Source: Octopus sinensis (taxonomy: Eukaryota). From it: a stretch of 64,000 bases of DNA. The notes under the pieces are model-generated. The model was not told the origin of the DNA. It saw only the letters and a program-made list of their open reading frames with translations, and made no database searches. Location: assembly GCF_006345805.1 (NCBI RefSeq), contig NC_042999.1, positions 122,078,001 to 122,142,000 on the forward strand, in the 5' to 3' direction. Shown in pieces: positions 61,200-64,000 of this stretch (its first letter is position 1; every line of letters starts with the position of its first letter). The translations under genes and the position numbers were made by a program.

Positions 61200-64000
61200 A
61201 TTTCATTACCAAATATTTTTACTGATGTGCATGAAGATGGAATATAATAAGGCTGGGAATCTTATAATAGTTTAGATTTATTACATCTATACCATTATTA
61301 TTTACTAGCTTTTAAGATACTGAGACACAGACATAACTGTGAAATTGAGATGCTCTTTTGATTCAACTACATGGCACTTTGCTCATGTTATGAAACCAAA
61401 ACTTTTGACTTGTGAGTGAATTTGGTGGACAGAAACTGTGTGGAAGTCAGTTGAATGGATTGCACTTGTTCTTGGAAGGTAGACTTAACCTATTACCTAA
61501 TTTACTAATAGAATTTAACCTTCAGGGTCTTTAGTAGCTTCTCTTGCAAGTATTGGGCACAAGTATCCAGTCTGAGGATAAGCCATAAATCATGATTTTT
61601 TCCTTCCTTTTCCCACCATTCTGGAAACACTACTGAAGGTCATGTGTGCTATCATTTTTCTACTACTATGTTGAATTTAATTAACTTAATATCTGTTCAA
61701 GAAAAAAATGTCAGAAGAATCAAAGATTTGTTTATTATATAAACACATCAGTACTTGTTAATTGTATTTGTGGGTTAACAATAGGAACATTAGTCTATCT
61801 CAGATGAAAAATTGTTGATCTTTTGGTTTTCTGAATCTGGAGTGCCTTATATCTAGAAAATGGTATCAATTTAAACTATTTGAGTATTTAAAAAAAGAAA
61901 TAATAATTGAAAGTGATATATTTTATGAAGAAGGCAGAAGTAAATCCTACGAGACAAACCATGAAATTACATTTAATTTGCATGTTTTAACATTATATTT
62001 TAATAAACTAACAATGTTCTTTATTTTATTGAAAAGAAGTACAAGAAATTCATTTTCCAGTTATTTGATGAATATTAACTAACAGCTTTATAGTTTACCT
62101 ACCAAATTTACAGGTCTTCTGTTTATTGTATTTATCTCTAAGATGAGTGTTTATGACCAATATTTTTAGCTTTCTTCACTATAATATGAAGCATTTAGAA
62201 AATGGTTATTTGAGTTTATTATAAATTTTAAATATTTTTAAATACTGAAAGTGTTTATAGGTTGATTATACTACATTGGTCATTGGCCAAACTGAACAAC
62301 CCAAAAGATTTGTGCCTGCCACTGCATTACTTGTTGTTCAGGAGTAATATCAGCATTCCAGTAAATATAAACTCTTTGGGTTGTAAAAATTAAATACAAT
62401 GTTTTGAATCAATAAGAGAAATCTAAGATATCAAATACCTTGATAACTGACTCACATTGGTGCCTGTAATAATTAATGATAAGATTAGTAGCAATAGTGA
62501 TATAGACAATTTCTAAAGCAAAATATGTTTTACTCAATTCATTAGGCTCTCATACATTGTTAACGTCTTAAAACACAAATGAGAAGAAGAGGCAGAAGAA
62601 AAATTAATTCTTTCAAATGCCCTGTCCAATTAATTTTAAGCATGTAGTGTAGCATAGTACTGTTCACTTCTGTATGCAGTGATGGCAATGTACAATTAAA
62701 AGATATTTTCTTTTGTTCCCTCTGCTGAATTGAAACTGCTCTTTCAGTTGGTTTAGTTATGTTTAAATGGATATGAAACGAATTTAAACAAATCTAGTCG
62801 TCGTTTATGTCTTTCATCAGCATTCTAATATTAATTGACATAGGTGTCTGTTATCCTCTTGAATATTCTGATATTTTTCCTGAAGCATAAATCATTAGTT
62901 TGGAAGTCATATTTTCTATTTTATTATAAATTTAGCAAAGTTTAAATTTTTGGCTAAATACTGCCATCACAGATATATATAAACGTTGTATTAAATATCA
63001 AATTTTATTTCATTTTTTAGTTAACAATGCAGTCAGTACACATTATTCTTTCATCTCACATATTTACTTAGTTGAAAGGCATAATAGTTTATTGTGTTTA
63101 GTTTTAGCTGTTTAGAAGAATGTAGAATCTAGAGAAATGTAGAGGAGGGCATTACTACCAATTATATTTCTTGCAAGGAATGATTATTCGCAGAACAGTG
63201 ACTTATTACAAATCTGCAATACATAAATTATGAACTAAAGTTTGGCACCGTGCCCCCAATAAGTTTCTTATGCATTTTTGGAGAATTAATATACAAACAC
63301 AAAATTTTCCTCTACAATCAATAAGTTAAATTAATGTCTACATTTTCTGATAGCAACTAGAAAGTCACTCAGTGATTGGCAGGTTCTACTTAGTAACATA
63401 CTACAGTCACTGACTTCTTTTCTGTTGCTAATTCAATGATTTGGGGGCTTATCACTAGTTACCTACCCTTTTGCTTATGCTCCCCTTTTTTCTCCCTGAT
63501 TCTGAATTTTCAGTTATTGTTCTCCACGCTGCTGTTTCCTGGTTATAATTTTTGTAATTCTGTACACTTCAACTTAGAGATGTTCAAACTGAATAACAAT
63601 TTCACTATTATTACACATCTGATAATGTTATAGACATGTCCCACCTCTGCAGACTAAACAACAGGAAAAAAAAACATAAAAATGAAATATAGATAATGAA
63701 TTCCCAGCTTGGAATGGCTTTGGCTAAATAAAAACAAATCAATTTTTATTTGTATGCAAAGTCATGTACTTTAGCTTCTAATTAAAATATTAATAACCAT
63801 TAATACATTATTCAAGTCTGCTCTAGTTTGCATAATCCTCATATTGACAATTATTTCAAATATAATTGCCAGTTTTACTGTTCTAATCTCCGTCTCTTTC
63901 ATTTGGATATTAATGTAAATATACTTTCTGCTACATTTTTTTCACTTGACATAAATCATTTTAATATGAGTAAAAATATATATCTATTGTAATGCAGCGG

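Overview
Very AT-rich, repeat-dense eukaryotic genomic DNA. The SINE, LINE and microsatellite content suggests an octopus or other coleoid cephalopod; this is pattern recognition, not a database result. I found no recognisable intact host protein-coding gene, and most ORFs in the supplied track are microsatellite, low-complexity or antisense artefacts. Transposon fossils present: a hAT transposase, a Tc1 DD34E element, two other Tc1/mariner elements, three RTE LINE fragments, a CR1/L2-like 3' end and many tRNA-derived SINEs. The main signal is a set of self-cleaving-RNA elements. (i) A 4.4-copy tandem array of a 353-bp unit (4003-5556) sits in (TA)n; each full unit carries a type I hammerhead ribozyme on the minus strand, the architecture of a non-autonomous retrozyme that makes circular RNA. 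(ii) A near-complete Penelope-like retroelement (RT plus GIY-YIG, 55631-59268) is a candidate mobilising partner. (iii) About nine more hammerhead or hammerhead-like motifs occur, including a full-length one at 43395-43496 and two back-to-back in a perfect 165-bp palindrome. Most of these elements abut (TA)n tracts. A second, more speculative signal is a decayed AT-rich island (about 14.2-16.7 kb) with a fossil N-x-D-x-DGD motif resembling an RNA polymerase beta-prime catalytic site.
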